Assembly (NCBI GenBank): GCA_964596355.1
Contig: CAZQTD010000001.1
Span: forward strand, 68,446 to 132,445
Source of the DNA: an uncultured Gammaproteobacteria bacterium
GTDB taxonomy: Bacteria > Patescibacteriota > Microgenomatia > UBA10105 > UBA927
DNA length: 64,000 nucleotides
Direction: 5' to 3'
In this document: positions 19,310 through 29,360 of the stretch, piece after piece
Position numbering within the stretch: position 1 is the first letter of the stretch
How the letters are laid out: every line of letters starts with the position of its first letter
Notes under the pieces: model-generated
The model's database searches: none
What the model was told of the DNA's origin: nothing
The model's input: the letters and a program-made list of their open reading frames with translations, nothing else
Position numbers and translations under genes: made by a program

Positions 19310-19629
19310 AAGGAATAGAATATTATAGGAAAGTTACCGATTCTATCGTTCTTTACAACAATACCTTCTTTTGAAAGAAAAGCAATTTTCTTTTTGATTT
19401 CCCGACCTCTGGTCCTCCCCATGAATCCGCCGATCGTGCCGTCGCTGGCTACGACCCGATGGCAAGGGGTATGCGGCCCGTCAGGATTTCGTTTGAGGAT
19501 CTGGCCGATACGCCGGTATGCTTTCACCCCAAGCGCGTCACCCAGCGCTTTGTACGTCGTCACGCGGCCCCTGGGGACGGTTTTTAGAAGCGCGTACACG
19601 CGGTCGGCGAGCGTTGGAGTAAACGTCAT
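19306..19629 (-). CDS. ogt: Methylated-DNA--protein-cysteine methyltransferase (C-terminal catalytic domain only)
   Basis: Active-site PCHRVV and DNA-binding HTH YKALGDALG. Lies immediately downstream of copA on the same strand. Confidence 0.75.
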   Translation of the reverse strand: MTFTPTLADRVYALLKTVPRGRVTTYKALGDALGVKAYRRIGQILKRNPDGPHTPCHRVVASDGTIGGFMGRTRGREIKKKIAFLSKEGIVVKNDRIGNFPIIFYSF

Positions 19630-19638
19630 AGCATTCCA

Positions 19639-21918
19639 CTATAGTCGAATGCGCTTAAGCCGTAAAGAGTTGGTGACGACAGAAATGCTGCTTGCGGCCA
19701 TGGCGAAAGCGGCGAGCGCGGGATTCAAAAGCCAGCCGGTTAACGGGTAAAGGATGCCCATGGCCACAGGGATAAGGATGACATTGTAGCCAAACGCCCA
19801 CAAGAGATTTTGCTTGATAATAGACAGCGTTGCACGCGACAACCTGATAGTGGATACAACATTCTGCAGATTATTTGTAAGAAGCGTTACACCCGCAGAT
19901 TCAATGGCAACGTCGGTGCCAGTTCCCATCGCAATGCCCACGTCTGCGGCAGCAAGCGCCGGCGCGTCGTTAATGCCGTCGCCGATAAAGGCAACGACCG
20001 AGCGACGAGAGGGAAGAGGGTAAATCGTTCGATTAGAGGGAGAAGGAGGACTCGTTTTTAGTTGTGCAATTATTTTTGCTTTGTCTTTCGGCAGGACGCC
20101 TGCAAGGACGTTGTCAATGCCTGCCTGCTTGGCAACGGCGCGCGCCGTCCGTTCGTTATCTCCGGTAATCATCCAGACGGCGATTCCCAGACGCTTCAGG
20201 TTTGTTATCGTATCCCTCGCTTCTTTTTTCAGCGTGTCGGCGGCGGCAATTACCCCGATGGGTCTTTGTGCGTCAGCAAGAACCATCACGGTTTTTCCTT
20301 GTTTTTCAAGATCGCCAAACGGTTTGCTGGGTTTGCCAAAAACGTACTTCTTGCCGTCGATGGTTCCAGATACGCCGCGGCCCGGAATTGCTTGAAATCC
20401 TTCGACGGTTTTTAGACCAAGCTGTTTGTGTCGCGCGGCATTCACGACGGCTTCTGCGAGAGAATGCTCACTGCCTTGTTCGAGGGAGGCGGCGAGCGAC
20501 AAAATGGATCGAGGGGATAGGGAAGATGCTTGCGACAGGGGGATAACATCCGTTACCGTGGGTTTTCCTACGGTAAGTGTGCCGGTTTTATCAAAGACCG
20601 CTACGGTTAGCCTATGTGCAATTTCTAGACTCTCCGCGTTTTTAATGAGGATCCCGTGCGCGGCGCCTTTTCCAATGCCGACAATAATTGCTGTGGGGGT
20701 CGCAAGCCCCAGCGCGCACGGGCAGGCGATAATAAGGACGGCAACGAAGTTGGTGAATGCAGGTGGAAACGATCGTAGATCATACCAGACCACAAAGGTG
20801 GCAACAGCAAGCATAAGCACGATGGGGGTAAAGTAGCCGGACACAACATCAGCCAGCCGCTGGATGGAAGCTCGGGAACCTTGAGCCTCGGACACCATCC
20901 GCACAATCTGCGCAAGCAGGGTGTCGCTGCCAACGTTGGTAGCGCGAAACAGGAAGGTACCGGTTTTATTTATCGTTGCTCCGATGACCCTGTCGCCCTT
21001 TTTCTTATCAACGGGAATTGACTCGCCCGTAACCATGGATTCGTCTATTGAGCTGGTTCCCGATATGATTACCCCATCCACAGGTATCTTTTCCCCCGGA
21101 CGAACCCGCATGATGTTTCCGACCTGAATTTGATCGACGGGAACGTCTTTCTCATCGAATTCAATGCCACTGGTAAATTGTTGCACTGTTAAATTGTTGC
21201 ACTGTTTGTCTTGTAAAACGCGCGCGGTTTTTGCCTGCAGATGCAGGAGTTTTTTGATTGCGTCACTGGTGTGGGATGTAGCTTTAGCTTCAAGGTAGCG
21301 GCCCAAAAGAATGAGCGTGATGATAATCGCCGCGGTATCGTAATACATGACATGTGGTAGTCCCCATGAAGCGAGAGACTGTGCAAAAAACGTTGTCAAC
21401 ACGGAAAAGCCGTACGCCGCCGTCGTGCCTATGGCAATGAGCGTATCCATGCTGGCAGTGCGATTGTTGAGTCCTGACCACGCAGCTTGATAAAACCTCC
21501 AGCCTGCCCAGAATTGCACCGGCGTAGCTAACGCAAGGAGAAATAAGGGGGCGTTAAGAATTTTGGGGACAAACGGAAACCATTCGGGGAAGCTTCCCAA
21601 CAATACCAGCGCGCTTACGATGCCGGAAAGAAGGACTTTGGTTTTCAAATCAGCCAATTCTTTTTTCTGCGCTTCCTGCTTAAGTTCATCAGGGGATTTT
21701 CCGGCGTCTCCAGTTGTGATCGCGTTATAGCCAAGATTCTTAATTGCGTCGCCTAAGGCTTGAAGGCTGGTTAACGATGGGTTAAACGAAACAGACGCCT
21801 GTTGGCTGCCGTAGTTGACCGAAGCGTCCACGACCCCCGGAGTTTTTTTAAGCTTCCTTTCAATGAGCGTTGCGCAGCTTGCGCAGTGCATGCCGACGAT
21901 GGGGAAGGAGGCGTTCAT
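19639..21918 (-). CDS. copA: Copper-translocating P1B-type ATPase
   Basis: N-terminal [14 protein letters not shown] in TM6, [15 protein letters not shown], plus a low-complexity insertion [18 protein letters not shown]. Confidence 0.95.
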   Translation of the reverse strand: MNASFPIVGMHCASCATLIERKLKKTPGVVDASVNYGSQQASVSFNPSLTSLQALGDAIKNLGYNAITTGDAGKSPDELKQEAQKKELADLKTKVLLSGIVSALVLLGSFPEWFPFVPKILNAPLFLLALATPVQFWAGWRFYQAAWSGLNNRTASMDTLIAIGTTAAYGFSVLTTFFAQSLASWGLPHVMYYDTAAIIITLILLGRYLEAKATSHTSDAIKKLLHLQAKTARVLQDKQCNNLTVQQFTSGIEFDEKDVPVDQIQVGNIMRVRPGEKIPVDGVIISGTSSIDESMVTGESIPVDKKKGDRVIGATINKTGTFLFRATNVGSDTLLAQIVRMVSEAQGSRASIQRLADVVSGYFTPIVLMLAVATFVVWYDLRSFPPAFTNFVAVLIIACPCALGLATPTAIIVGIGKGAAHGILIKNAESLEIAHRLTVAVFDKTGTLTVGKPTVTDVIPLSQASSLSPRSILSLAASLEQGSEHSLAEAVVNAARHKQLGLKTVEGFQAIPGRGVSGTIDGKKYVFGKPSKPFGDLEKQGKTVMVLADAQRPIGVIAAADTLKKEARDTITNLKRLGIAVWMITGDNERTARAVAKQAGIDNVLAGVLPKDKAKIIAQLKTSPPSPSNRTIYPLPSRRSVVAFIGDGINDAPALAAADVGIAMGTGTDVAIESAGVTLLTNNLQNVVSTIRLSRATLSIIKQNLLWAFGYNVILIPVAMGILYPLTGWLLNPALAAFAMAASSISVVTNSLRLKRIRL
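21172..21201. repeat. 15-bp in-frame tandem duplication within copA ([10 protein letters not shown])
   Basis: cagtgcaacaattta is directly repeated. Confidence 0.6.
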
Positions 21919-22037
21919 ATCACACGTTTTTGCCCAAGAAGAACCAGTAGATTGCGGCTATAGAGAGTATCCCTATGATGGTAACGATACATTTATCCAT
22001 GTTCTATTGCTAAATTGTTAATAAAACTTCAATAATT

Positions 22038-22316
22038 TTATTGTTTTTCCATTACTTTCATAACTTCTTCGATAACCTCTTTTTCGTTGCCCTTGCGGAT
22101 TTCCTCGGCGACACAGGTTTCCAGATGGTTTTTAAGGATCGCCTCATTGATGGCTTTCAATGATGCTTGAACCGCCATGGACTGATGGATGATGTCAATG
22201 CAATAACTGTCAGTTTCTACCATCGCAAGGACTCGGCTAAGGTGTCCTTGGGCGATTTTGAGCCTATGGATGAGTGAATGCTTGATTGAATGATCTCTGG
22301 GAACTCCTTTTGGCAC
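22038..22316 (-). CDS. csoR: CsoR/RcnR family metal-sensing transcriptional repressor
   Basis: DUF156 fold with conserved H (IIHQSM) and C (ETCVAE). GTG start with AGGAG upstream. Confidence 0.85.
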   Translation of the reverse strand: MPKGVPRDHSIKHSLIHRLKIAQGHLSRVLAMVETDSYCIDIIHQSMAVQASLKAINEAILKNHLETCVAEEIRKGNEKEVIEEVMKVMEKQ

Positions 22317-22327
22317 AAGCTTTCTCC

Positions 22328-22358
22328 TTGACTTCTATCCCCCCATAGGGGATATAAT
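22328..22358 (+). promoter_or_regulatory. Divergent promoter region with palindromic CsoR-type operator TATCCCC(CC)ATAGGGGATA between -35 TTGACT and -10 TATAAT
   Basis: The GC-rich inverted repeat sits in the spacer of a sigma70-like promoter facing the permease/copZ genes. The csoR transcript would start just upstream of it. Confidence 0.5.
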
Positions 22359-22402
22359 CATACTACGGAGTTTGACAACAGTTGTCAAGCGGCCGTTTCG
22401 TT

Positions 22403-23434
22403 ATGCAGTTCGTTTGGTTGGCGCTTTTGACGGGTCTGACAACTGGTGGGTTATCGTGTCTGGCTGTGCAGGGAGGACTTTTGGCTGCGTCGGTTACAAA
22501 TAATCCGGGCGATCCGGAAGACAAGGGAGTCAAGGGAGAGGGCAGATGGATCAGAGTCGGCATGTTCCTCGCGGCGAAGCTGGTGGTCTATACCGTCTTG
22601 GGGTTTTTCCTTGGGCTTGCAGGGTCAACCCTTGTTCTTTCGCCAAAAACATTGGGATTGGTTCAGATCGCCGTCGGACTTTTTATGCTTGCGACTGCCG
22701 CGCGGATTATTGAGCTTCACGGGGTATTTCGTTACGTCGTCATCCAGCCGCCGCGATGGGCATACCGATTGCTGAAAACGAAAAGCCGCGACGCATCGTG
22801 GTTTGCGCCTGCTGCTTTAGGCGCTCTCACCATCCTCATTCCCTGCGGCGTCACGCAAACGACGATGGCTGTGGCGGTAGCGAGCGCCAGTCCATTGATG
22901 GGAGCCGCAATTATGTTTGCGTTTGTGTTGGGCACGAGCCCGATTTTTTTTGCGTTGGGTGCGGCAGTCGTCGAGCTTCTGAAGCGGAAGGCATTTTCCT
23001 ACGCCGCCGCGGCGGTCGTACTGGTCTTTGGCCTTATGTCCGTGAATGGGGGACTGGGCCTAATGGGATCGTTCTATACGCTGCAGAATTTGTATGCCAT
23101 TGCGATGACGCCGGCGGATACGCTTGTCCAAGGAGGGGGAGCTATTGCCGAAGTAAACAGCCAAGGAATGCAGGAGGTAATTATCAATGTGACAGATAGA
23201 GGATACGCGGCATCAGCCACAACGCTCAAAGCGGGTGTCCCTGTGCGGCTCATCCTTCGAACTAATAATACGAGAGGATGCTCGCGGGCATTCACGCTAC
23301 CGGAATTCGGCATATCCAAAGTGCTGCCCCAGTCGGGGAGTGAGACAATCGAATTTACGCCGACACGGGTTGGGAGGCTTGCGTATTCCTGCAGCATGGG
23401 GATGTACACGGGGCAATTTACTGTCATAAATTGA
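22403..23434 (+). CDS. Polytopic membrane protein (TauE/SafE- or CcdA-like permease, uncertain) fused to C-terminal cupredoxin-like Cu(I)-binding domain
   Basis: About 8 TM helices. C-terminal beta-sandwich pattern VIINVTDRGY...GCSRAFTLPEFGI...YSCSMGMYTGQFTV carries Cys/Met ligands. Start is uncertain: ATG at 22403, track TTG at 22382. Confidence 0.6.
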   Translation: MQFVWLALLTGLTTGGLSCLAVQGGLLAASVTNNPGDPEDKGVKGEGRWIRVGMFLAAKLVVYTVLGFFLGLAGSTLVLSPKTLGLVQIAVGLFMLATAARIIELHGVFRYVVIQPPRWAYRLLKTKSRDASWFAPAALGALTILIPCGVTQTTMAVAVASASPLMGAAIMFAFVLGTSPIFFALGAAVVELLKRKAFSYAAAAVVLVFGLMSVNGGLGLMGSFYTLQNLYAIAMTPADTLVQGGGAIAEVNSQGMQEVIINVTDRGYAASATTLKAGVPVRLILRTNNTRGCSRAFTLPEFGISKVLPQSGSETIEFTPTRVGRLAYSCSMGMYTGQFTVIN

Positions 23435-23474
23435 ATAAACGAAATCAAATAAGCAAAGAAGCGAATGGAAACGT

Positions 23475-23693
23475 ATGACAAAGAAAACATATAAAGTGGA
23501 CGGCATGCATTGCAATAGTTGCGCGACCATGATCGAATTGGATCTCGAAGACGCAGGGATCACAGCAAGTTGCAGCTACGCCAAGCAGACGTTAGCGGTG
23601 GAGTTTGACGAGAAAAAAATAACGGAAGATGTCATTCGCGCCGTTGTTTCAGATGCCGGTTACACGCTTCACGAACAGGCAAGCACAGCGTGA
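23475..23693 (+). CDS. copZ: Heavy-metal-associated copper chaperone
   Basis: GMHCNSC metal-binding motif; 72 aa. Confidence 0.85.
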   Translation: MTKKTYKVDGMHCNSCATMIELDLEDAGITASCSYAKQTLAVEFDEKKITEDVIRAVVSDAGYTLHEQASTA

Positions 23694-23835
23694 GACATCT
23701 CACGCATTTGTCATGGTCATATCAGGCATTGGCGACAGATATGAACCGACTATCCGGAGATGAGCTTGATATACACGGCGCTTGCTGCGGTCCGCAGGCC
23801 TCATCCCAAGCATCAATAACAGCAATCACGGCGTC

Positions 23836-25227
23836 TCATTTTCGCTTAAAGACTGCCTGATTGTCCGTCAAAAACACCGCTTCGTACAAGGGATCGCGCA
23901 GAAGTTTTGCCCGCAGAAACGTTAACCGTTCATAGTCTTGCGGAAAGAAATTATTGGGGTTTTGGCCGGTTCTAAGGTCAAAAACGACGTAGTCCGGCAT
24001 GTACCCTGTGTAATCTCTTCGGAAAAGCCAGACAGTCTGGTGGCTGAAGCGGGCAGCAAGATTGTTTTGCGTCATGACGGTGGCTCTCGCCGGCACGCGG
24101 CCAACGACATCATCGAGAAATCTAAAATTCTTGGTATGGCGGTAAAACGCCGGATTGTAGGAAAGAGCAAGCGGGCCCCGCAGGCGGTAGTGCAGGAATG
24201 CGGAAACAAAAAGAAGTGTTGCGCCGATGAGCCACGCGTGGCGAACACCCCGTTTCCACCACTTCAGAATCCAGCGCAGGGAATAGAGGCTTGAGACGGC
24301 AAGAAGTGGGGCAAGCTGTGCGCTGTAATGAAGCCCCAGTCCCCATCGAATGGTTGACTGCGGCAGAAAAAATCGCGACGCGAGATCCTGAAGGATGGCG
24401 GGGTAAAGCGGCGGAAACCCAAGCGGCAGAAAAAGAAAGCTTCCAAATGAAACGAAGAGGGTGTTTCGTTTGATCGGGTCATCGACAAAGCCGGCAAGGA
24501 AAGAGGCGGGATTTATTGGAATCGTTGGAACATACTGCGACGCTCTGCCGGCAAAATAAGGGAGGAGGAGCGTATTGGCGATAAAACCCCACAATAGCGA
24601 AAGCGCTATTGTGGGGAGTGCAATTGCACGCCATGATTTCTGCGTCAACCACAGAAACAGTCCGATGCTTGCTCCCAGAAGAAACATGTTTTCCTTGATT
24701 CCCAGACAGAGGATAAGGAAAATAAAAAATCGCCGCTTCCAGCCTTTGGCAATCGCATAAAAAAGTACAATCAAAGGGAGCGTGAGGATTGTCGTTTCAT
24801 GGAAGTCGGAAATAATGGCATTCTGAATGCCTATAAACAACGCATACGCAATCGCGTTAGCGAACGCAAGGAAACGGTTGTTGAGCAGTTGAATGCCCAG
24901 ACGGTAGAGAACAGGTACGCTGGAAGCGACAATCACGGCTTGAGCAATGAGGATAATTTCGCTTCGGCTCGTTATCCAATACAACGGAGAAAGAAGGAAG
25001 ATCGTGGGACTGATGTGGTCGGCGAATATGACCTTGCCGCCCACAGCCAAGTGGTCAATAACAGGCGCCGCAAAGCGCGAAACACGCCATATGGCTCCAT
25101 CAAAAATGCCAAAGTCATAGTAAAAAACATCGTACTGCCAGAAGCGGTGGAGAGAAACCAAGGAGCCGGCGAATCCGTAGAGCGCGGTAAAAAGAATCGC
25201 GAGAAGATCAAAGACGTTTTTGCGCAT
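23836..25227 (-). CDS. Large polytopic membrane protein with C-terminal soluble domain (DUF2079-like/GT-C-like, uncertain)
   Basis: More than 10 TM helices, then a C-terminal globular domain. The track start at 25608 would overlap trxA, so the ATG at 25227 (MRKNVFDLL) is preferred. Confidence 0.6.
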   Translation of the reverse strand: MRKNVFDLLAILFTALYGFAGSLVSLHRFWQYDVFYYDFGIFDGAIWRVSRFAAPVIDHLAVGGKVIFADHISPTIFLLSPLYWITSRSEIILIAQAVIVASSVPVLYRLGIQLLNNRFLAFANAIAYALFIGIQNAIISDFHETTILTLPLIVLFYAIAKGWKRRFFIFLILCLGIKENMFLLGASIGLFLWLTQKSWRAIALPTIALSLLWGFIANTLLLPYFAGRASQYVPTIPINPASFLAGFVDDPIKRNTLFVSFGSFLFLPLGFPPLYPAILQDLASRFFLPQSTIRWGLGLHYSAQLAPLLAVSSLYSLRWILKWWKRGVRHAWLIGATLLFVSAFLHYRLRGPLALSYNPAFYRHTKNFRFLDDVVGRVPARATVMTQNNLAARFSHQTVWLFRRDYTGYMPDYVVFDLRTGQNPNNFFPQDYERLTFLRAKLLRDPLYEAVFLTDNQAVFKRK

Positions 25228-25324
25228 GATGCAATTGTAATGAAACGTCATGGTATTATGAAGAGAGGACTTGTAGAATTTATCGTTGAATGATAGAGTG
25301 ATAATTCTTAAAAGGAGGGTACTT

Positions 25325-25648
25325 ATGGCAGGCATTACGATAACCGATGCAAATTTTGATAGCGAAGTGTTGACATCGGATAAACCGGTGCTCGTGGACT
25401 TTTGGGCTGCGTGGTGCGGGCCGTGCCAGATGCAGGGGCCGATTATTGAAGAGGTCGCAAAAAGCATCGGGTCCAAAGCGAAGGTTGGCAAACTCAATGT
25501 TGATGAAAATCCGGTCGTAGCCCAGAAATACGGCATCATGAGCATTCCGACCTTGATGATTTTTAAGGGAGGCACGGTGGTCAAACAGCTTATCGGTGTG
25601 CAGAGCAAAGAAACCTTGCTCCGTGAGTTAAATACATTGCTTAGTTAA
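25325..25648 (+). CDS. trxA: Thioredoxin
   Basis: WAAWCGPCQM active site. SD AAAGGAGGG upstream. Confidence 0.9.
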   Translation: MAGITITDANFDSEVLTSDKPVLVDFWAAWCGPCQMQGPIIEEVAKSIGSKAKVGKLNVDENPVVAQKYGIMSIPTLMIFKGGTVVKQLIGVQSKETLLRELNTLLS

Positions 25649-25668
25649 CTCCCGATCACAAAAGCTCA

Positions 25669-26631
25669 ATGAGCACGCAACAGTACGATATTATCATTCT
25701 CGGGTCGGGGCCTGCCGGGCTTACAGCAGCGCTCTATGCGTCGCGAGCGCTTCTGGCAACTGTCGTTATCACCGGTGCGGAACCCGGGGGGCAGTTGACA
25801 ACGACCACGGAAGTTGAAAATTACCCAGGATTTCCCAACGGAATCATGGGGCCGCAATTAATGGCGGACATGAAAACACAGGTTGAGAAGTTTGGGACGC
25901 ACATAAAACAGCATCGAGTATCGAGCATCGAGTATCGAAACAACACAAGAACATTTGCCGCAAAGGGTGACGGCGCTGAATTTGAGGGACGTTCGGTCAT
26001 TATCGCAATCGGCGCGTCTGCACAGTACTTAGGATTGCCCAGCGAAGATCGACTGAAAGGCAAGGGCGTTTCTGCGTGCGCCACCTGCGACGGCTTTTTC
26101 TTTCGGGGGAAAGACGTTGTGGTTATAGGAGGCGGCGATACGGCGATGGAAGAGGCGATATTTCTTACCGCGTTTGCCACGAAGGTCACGATTATTCACA
26201 GGAGGGACGAGTTCCGCGCAAGCCCGATTATGCGCAAGCGCGCGCAAGAGAATCCAAAGATTGCATTTCGCACCAATAGCGTGGTAGAAGAAATACTTGG
26301 AGACACCGCGGTATCGGGTGTTCGGCTTAAGGACACAAAAACCGGCACAACATCAGAGGTTAAAACGCAGGGCGTGTTTTTGGCTATCGGGCATAAACCC
26401 AATACGGAATTTCTCAAGGGGTTCGTCGCGCTTGATGAACGGGGATATATTCAGCTTATTCGGCCCGCGAGCGCTCGTGAAGCACAAACACGAACCAGCG
26501 TGCCGGGCGTTTTTGCCGCAGGGGACTGCGTTGACCCCCGATACCGTCAGGCCGTGGTGGCCGCCGGCATGGGCTGCATGGCGGCAATGGATGCGCAGAA
26601 ATGGCTTGAAGACAAAGGGATGAATAGCTGA
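25669..26631 (+). CDS. trxB: Thioredoxin-disulfide reductase
   Basis: FAD GSGPAG, redox CATC, NADPH GGGDTAMEEA. Confidence 0.9.
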   Translation: MSTQQYDIIILGSGPAGLTAALYASRALLATVVITGAEPGGQLTTTTEVENYPGFPNGIMGPQLMADMKTQVEKFGTHIKQHRVSSIEYRNNTRTFAAKGDGAEFEGRSVIIAIGASAQYLGLPSEDRLKGKGVSACATCDGFFFRGKDVVVIGGGDTAMEEAIFLTAFATKVTIIHRRDEFRASPIMRKRAQENPKIAFRTNSVVEEILGDTAVSGVRLKDTKTGTTSEVKTQGVFLAIGHKPNTEFLKGFVALDERGYIQLIRPASAREAQTRTSVPGVFAAGDCVDPRYRQAVVAAGMGCMAAMDAQKWLEDKGMNS

Positions 26632-26640
26632 AAGGCCTTT

Positions 26641-27369
26641 ATGGGCATGCAGTTTACGAAGCCGCAACACTATAAAGCTGTTATAGAAAAAAAGGAGCAG
26701 TTGACGAATGACGTTATTCTCGTGACGTTTGCGCTTCTTGAACCTTCCACAATTTCCTTCATTGCCGGCCAGACGATCATGCTTAACGTTGCTCCGGGAA
26801 TTAACCGCGCTATGTCGATTGCGTCACCGCCAAGCGACACCGGGCATATCCTCATGCTTCACGATATACGCCCCGGCGGCCCGGGAAGCCAGTGGACGAT
26901 TAATCATAAAGAGGGCGATGAGGCGTCATTTATTGCGCCGCTTGGAATGTTTGTCATGAATGCCGAGAGTAGCCGAAAAAAAGTGTTTGTAGCAACCGGC
27001 ACCGGTGTCGCGCCGTTTCACGCGATGCTTCTGGAGTATCTTCCTAAAGGTCAGACCGATGAAGTAACGCTTTACTGGGGGTTGCGGTATGAAGCGGATA
27101 TCTACTGGAAAGACGAATTTGAACAACTCGCCAAGCGGTATACATATTTTCACTTTGTCCTGACGCTTTCCAAGCCATCTGATAGGTGGCAGGAGTCCGC
27201 AAGCCAGCGGAGGGGTCATGTGACGGATCACGTCGTGCAAAACGAGCAAAATGTTAAGGGCTGCGAGTTTTACCTGTGCGGCAATCAGATGATGATCAAA
27301 GAAATGGAACATCAGCTGCTCACTGCGGGCGTGTCTTCTGAGCAAATACGCAAAGACCCGTACTTCTAA
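26641..27369 (+). CDS. FNR-like FAD/NAD(P)-binding oxidoreductase (ferredoxin-NADP+ reductase family)
   Basis: RAMSIAS (RxYS-type FAD motif), GTGVAPF NAD(P) motif, C-terminal YLCGNQ. Confidence 0.7.
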   Translation: MGMQFTKPQHYKAVIEKKEQLTNDVILVTFALLEPSTISFIAGQTIMLNVAPGINRAMSIASPPSDTGHILMLHDIRPGGPGSQWTINHKEGDEASFIAPLGMFVMNAESSRKKVFVATGTGVAPFHAMLLEYLPKGQTDEVTLYWGLRYEADIYWKDEFEQLAKRYTYFHFVLTLSKPSDRWQESASQRRGHVTDHVVQNEQNVKGCEFYLCGNQMMIKEMEHQLLTAGVSSEQIRKDPYF

Positions 27370-27453
27370 TAGTGTCCATGACGTGCTTGAGAATTGTCAA
27401 ACTGCAGCGCTTGCAAAATCAGAGAATTCTCCTATACTACGAAGTGTACGCGT

Positions 27454-28857
27454 ATGAACCACACAAATCCGTTTGACAGTGCGATGATCCAGCTTGAAAC
27501 CGCCTCGCGCTTGCTGGAGGCAAGCGACAAGAGAAAAGCGATGCGCAAAATAAAGCAACAATTGGAAATTTTCAGGCAGCCGCAGCGAATTCTCAACGTA
27601 ACGATCCCGGTCGCGATGGATGACGGGAATATCAGGATATTTCAAGGATATCGCGTGCAGTACAACAACGCGCTGGGGCCGTATAAAGGGGGCATCCGTT
27701 TTCATCCGCAGGTTTCCATGGATGAAGTGAAGGCGCTTGCGTTTTGGATGGCGATGAAGTGTGCGGTTGCCGATCTTCCTTTAGGCGGCGGCAAAGGCGG
27801 CGTTATTGTAGACCCCAAAACGCTTTCAGCGCGTGAATTGGAGCTTTTGAGCCGCGGCTACGTTCGCGCGATAGCCGACTGCATCGGCCCGGATAAGGAC
27901 GTTCCTGCGCCCGATGTTAATACCAATGGGATCATCATGGGATGGATGGTGGACGAGTATATTAACGCAGCAGGGAGAAAGCATCAGATATCAAGCGAAG
28001 AGAAAGAGAAGCTGCGAGCGACGTTTACCGGAAAACTCATGAAAGACGGCGGGAGCGAGGGCAGGGAAGAGGCAACAGGGAAAGGGGGAGTATATGTTTT
28101 GGAAGCAGTGCTTAGCAAAATGAAATCCAAAATCCTAAATCCACAATACAAAACAAATTCAAATGGTAAAAGAGTCAATAACCACAGAAGTTTAGAATTG
28201 AGGGCTTTGCATGTTGATTTTCCGCAGCCGCTCACGGTTGCGGTGCAGGGTTTTGGGAATGTGGGATACAACGCGGCGAAATTTTTGGATGAAGCAGGAT
28301 TTAATGTTGTTGCCGTGTCCGACAGCAAGGGCGGCATTTACGTGCCGGATGGCATAAATCCGGCGTTGACGCTTGAATGCAAGCGGAAAAATGGAACGCT
28401 TGCCGGATGTTATTGCACGGGGTCGGTATGCGATGTGAAAAAGGGCAGATACATCAGCAATGATGAAGTATTGGAGTTGCCGGTGGATGTCTTGGTGCCT
28501 GCGGCGCTTGAGAACGTCATTACGAAAGACAATGCGCCGAAGATTAAAGCAACGATTGTGTTAGAGATGGCCAATGGCCCCACAACGCCGGAAGCGGACA
28601 GGATCCTTTACAAGCGCGGAATCACGGTTATTCCCGATATCCTCGCAAACAGCGGCGGCGTGACGGTATCGTGCTTTGAATGGGAGCAGAATTTGAAAGG
28701 CGAGCATTGGAGCAAAGATGAGGTAAACAAAAAGTTAAGAAAAAAGATGGAGGCGGCGACGGATGCCATCTGGAAAACTTCCAATAAGCTCAAAACCGAC
28801 CTTCGCACCGCGGCATTCGTCGTTGCGCTTAGGAGAATTATGACGAGAATGGAATAA
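27454..28857 (+). CDS. gdhA: Glutamate dehydrogenase (Glu/Leu/Phe/Val dehydrogenase family)
   Basis: Catalytic KGGIRFHP...GGGKGG, Rossmann GFGNVG. Carries an AT-rich in-frame insertion, residues ~KSKILNPQYKTNSNGKRVNNHRS. The track start at 27394 is a TTG. Confidence 0.85.
   Translation: MNHTNPFDSAMIQLETASRLLEASDKRKAMRKIKQQLEIFRQPQRILNVTIPVAMDDGNIRIFQGYRVQYNNALGPYKGGIRFHPQVSMDEVKALAFWMAMKCAVADLPLGGGKGGVIVDPKTLSARELELLSRGYVRAIADCIGPDKDVPAPDVNTNGIIMGWMVDEYINAAGRKHQISSEEKEKLRATFTGKLMKDGGSEGREEATGKGGVYVLEAVLSKMKSKILNPQYKTNSNGKRVNNHRSLELRALHVDFPQPLTVAVQGFGNVGYNAAKFLDEAGFNVVAVSDSKGGIYVPDGINPALTLECKRKNGTLAGCYCTGSVCDVKKGRYISNDEVLELPVDVLVPAALENVITKDNAPKIKATIVLEMANGPTTPEADRILYKRGITVIPDILANSGGVTVSCFEWEQNLKGEHWSKDEVNKKLRKKMEAATDAIWKTSNKLKTDLRTAAFVVALRRIMTRME
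28120..28200. repeat. AT-rich in-frame insertion element in gdh
   Basis: gaaatccaaaatcctaaatccacaa matches 22 of 24 positions to the element in the DUF2298 gene (50497..50548). Confidence 0.6.
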
Positions 28858-28962
28858 CGGAATTCCAAGGGGTGTGAACACTGTTCACTCCGGGGGTGAA
28901 CTAGCTAGACACCGTCGGGATGAAGGACGAAGGTGCCTTTCCCATATTTGCCCCGTAGCTCT

Positions 28963-28991
28963 TGACAACGTTCGCAGGAGCGGGGTACAAT
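28963..28991 (+). promoter_or_regulatory. Consensus sigma70 promoter TTGACA-17-TACAAT
   Basis: cTTGACAacgttcgcaggagcggggTACAATa read directly. It faces the tRNA-Ala/23S/5S unit. Confidence 0.6.
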
Positions 28992-29121
28992 ACATTTTTG
29001 CCTTATGATGCAGGGCAACTGATGCGACGTGTTTCACCACACTCCATCCTTTTCATGAGAACCAACACGATACAAAACCTACCAAACCGCTTGGACCGTT
29101 TGCGTATGTAGAGAGTGTTGT

Positions 29122-29155
29122 TTCTCTGTTGAAAGCCCCGCATGAGGCGGGGTTT
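29122..29155 (+). terminator. GC hairpin plus T-rich tract (intrinsic terminator or rRNA-leader attenuator/boxB-like)
   Basis: aaagCCCCGCatgagGCGGGGtttatttgtt, ~130 nt downstream of the promoter. Confidence 0.5.
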
Positions 29156-29287
29156 ATTTGTTCGTCCTGAACCTTACTATCATTGGAATGAAGCTGATAC
29201 AGCTACATCAAGGGGACCGTTCGCGCACTATGGCTACTTGCTTCTGTCAACAATGTAGCGTTTTAGCGCCGTGCCAATGTGCTTATT

Positions 29288-29360
29288 GGGCCCGAAGTTT
29301 AGCTGGTTGAACGCTTCATTTGCAATGAAGAGGCAGGCGGTTCGACTCCGCCCGGGTCCA
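29288..29360 (+). tRNA. tRNA-Ala (anticodon TGC)
   Basis: Manual cloverleaf: acceptor GGGCCCG/CGGGTCC with G3:U70, D-arm with AGCTGG, anticodon loop TTTGCAA, T-arm GGCGG-TTCGACT-CCGCC, discriminator A. Positions 8-9 are AA, which is unusual. Confidence 0.8.
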
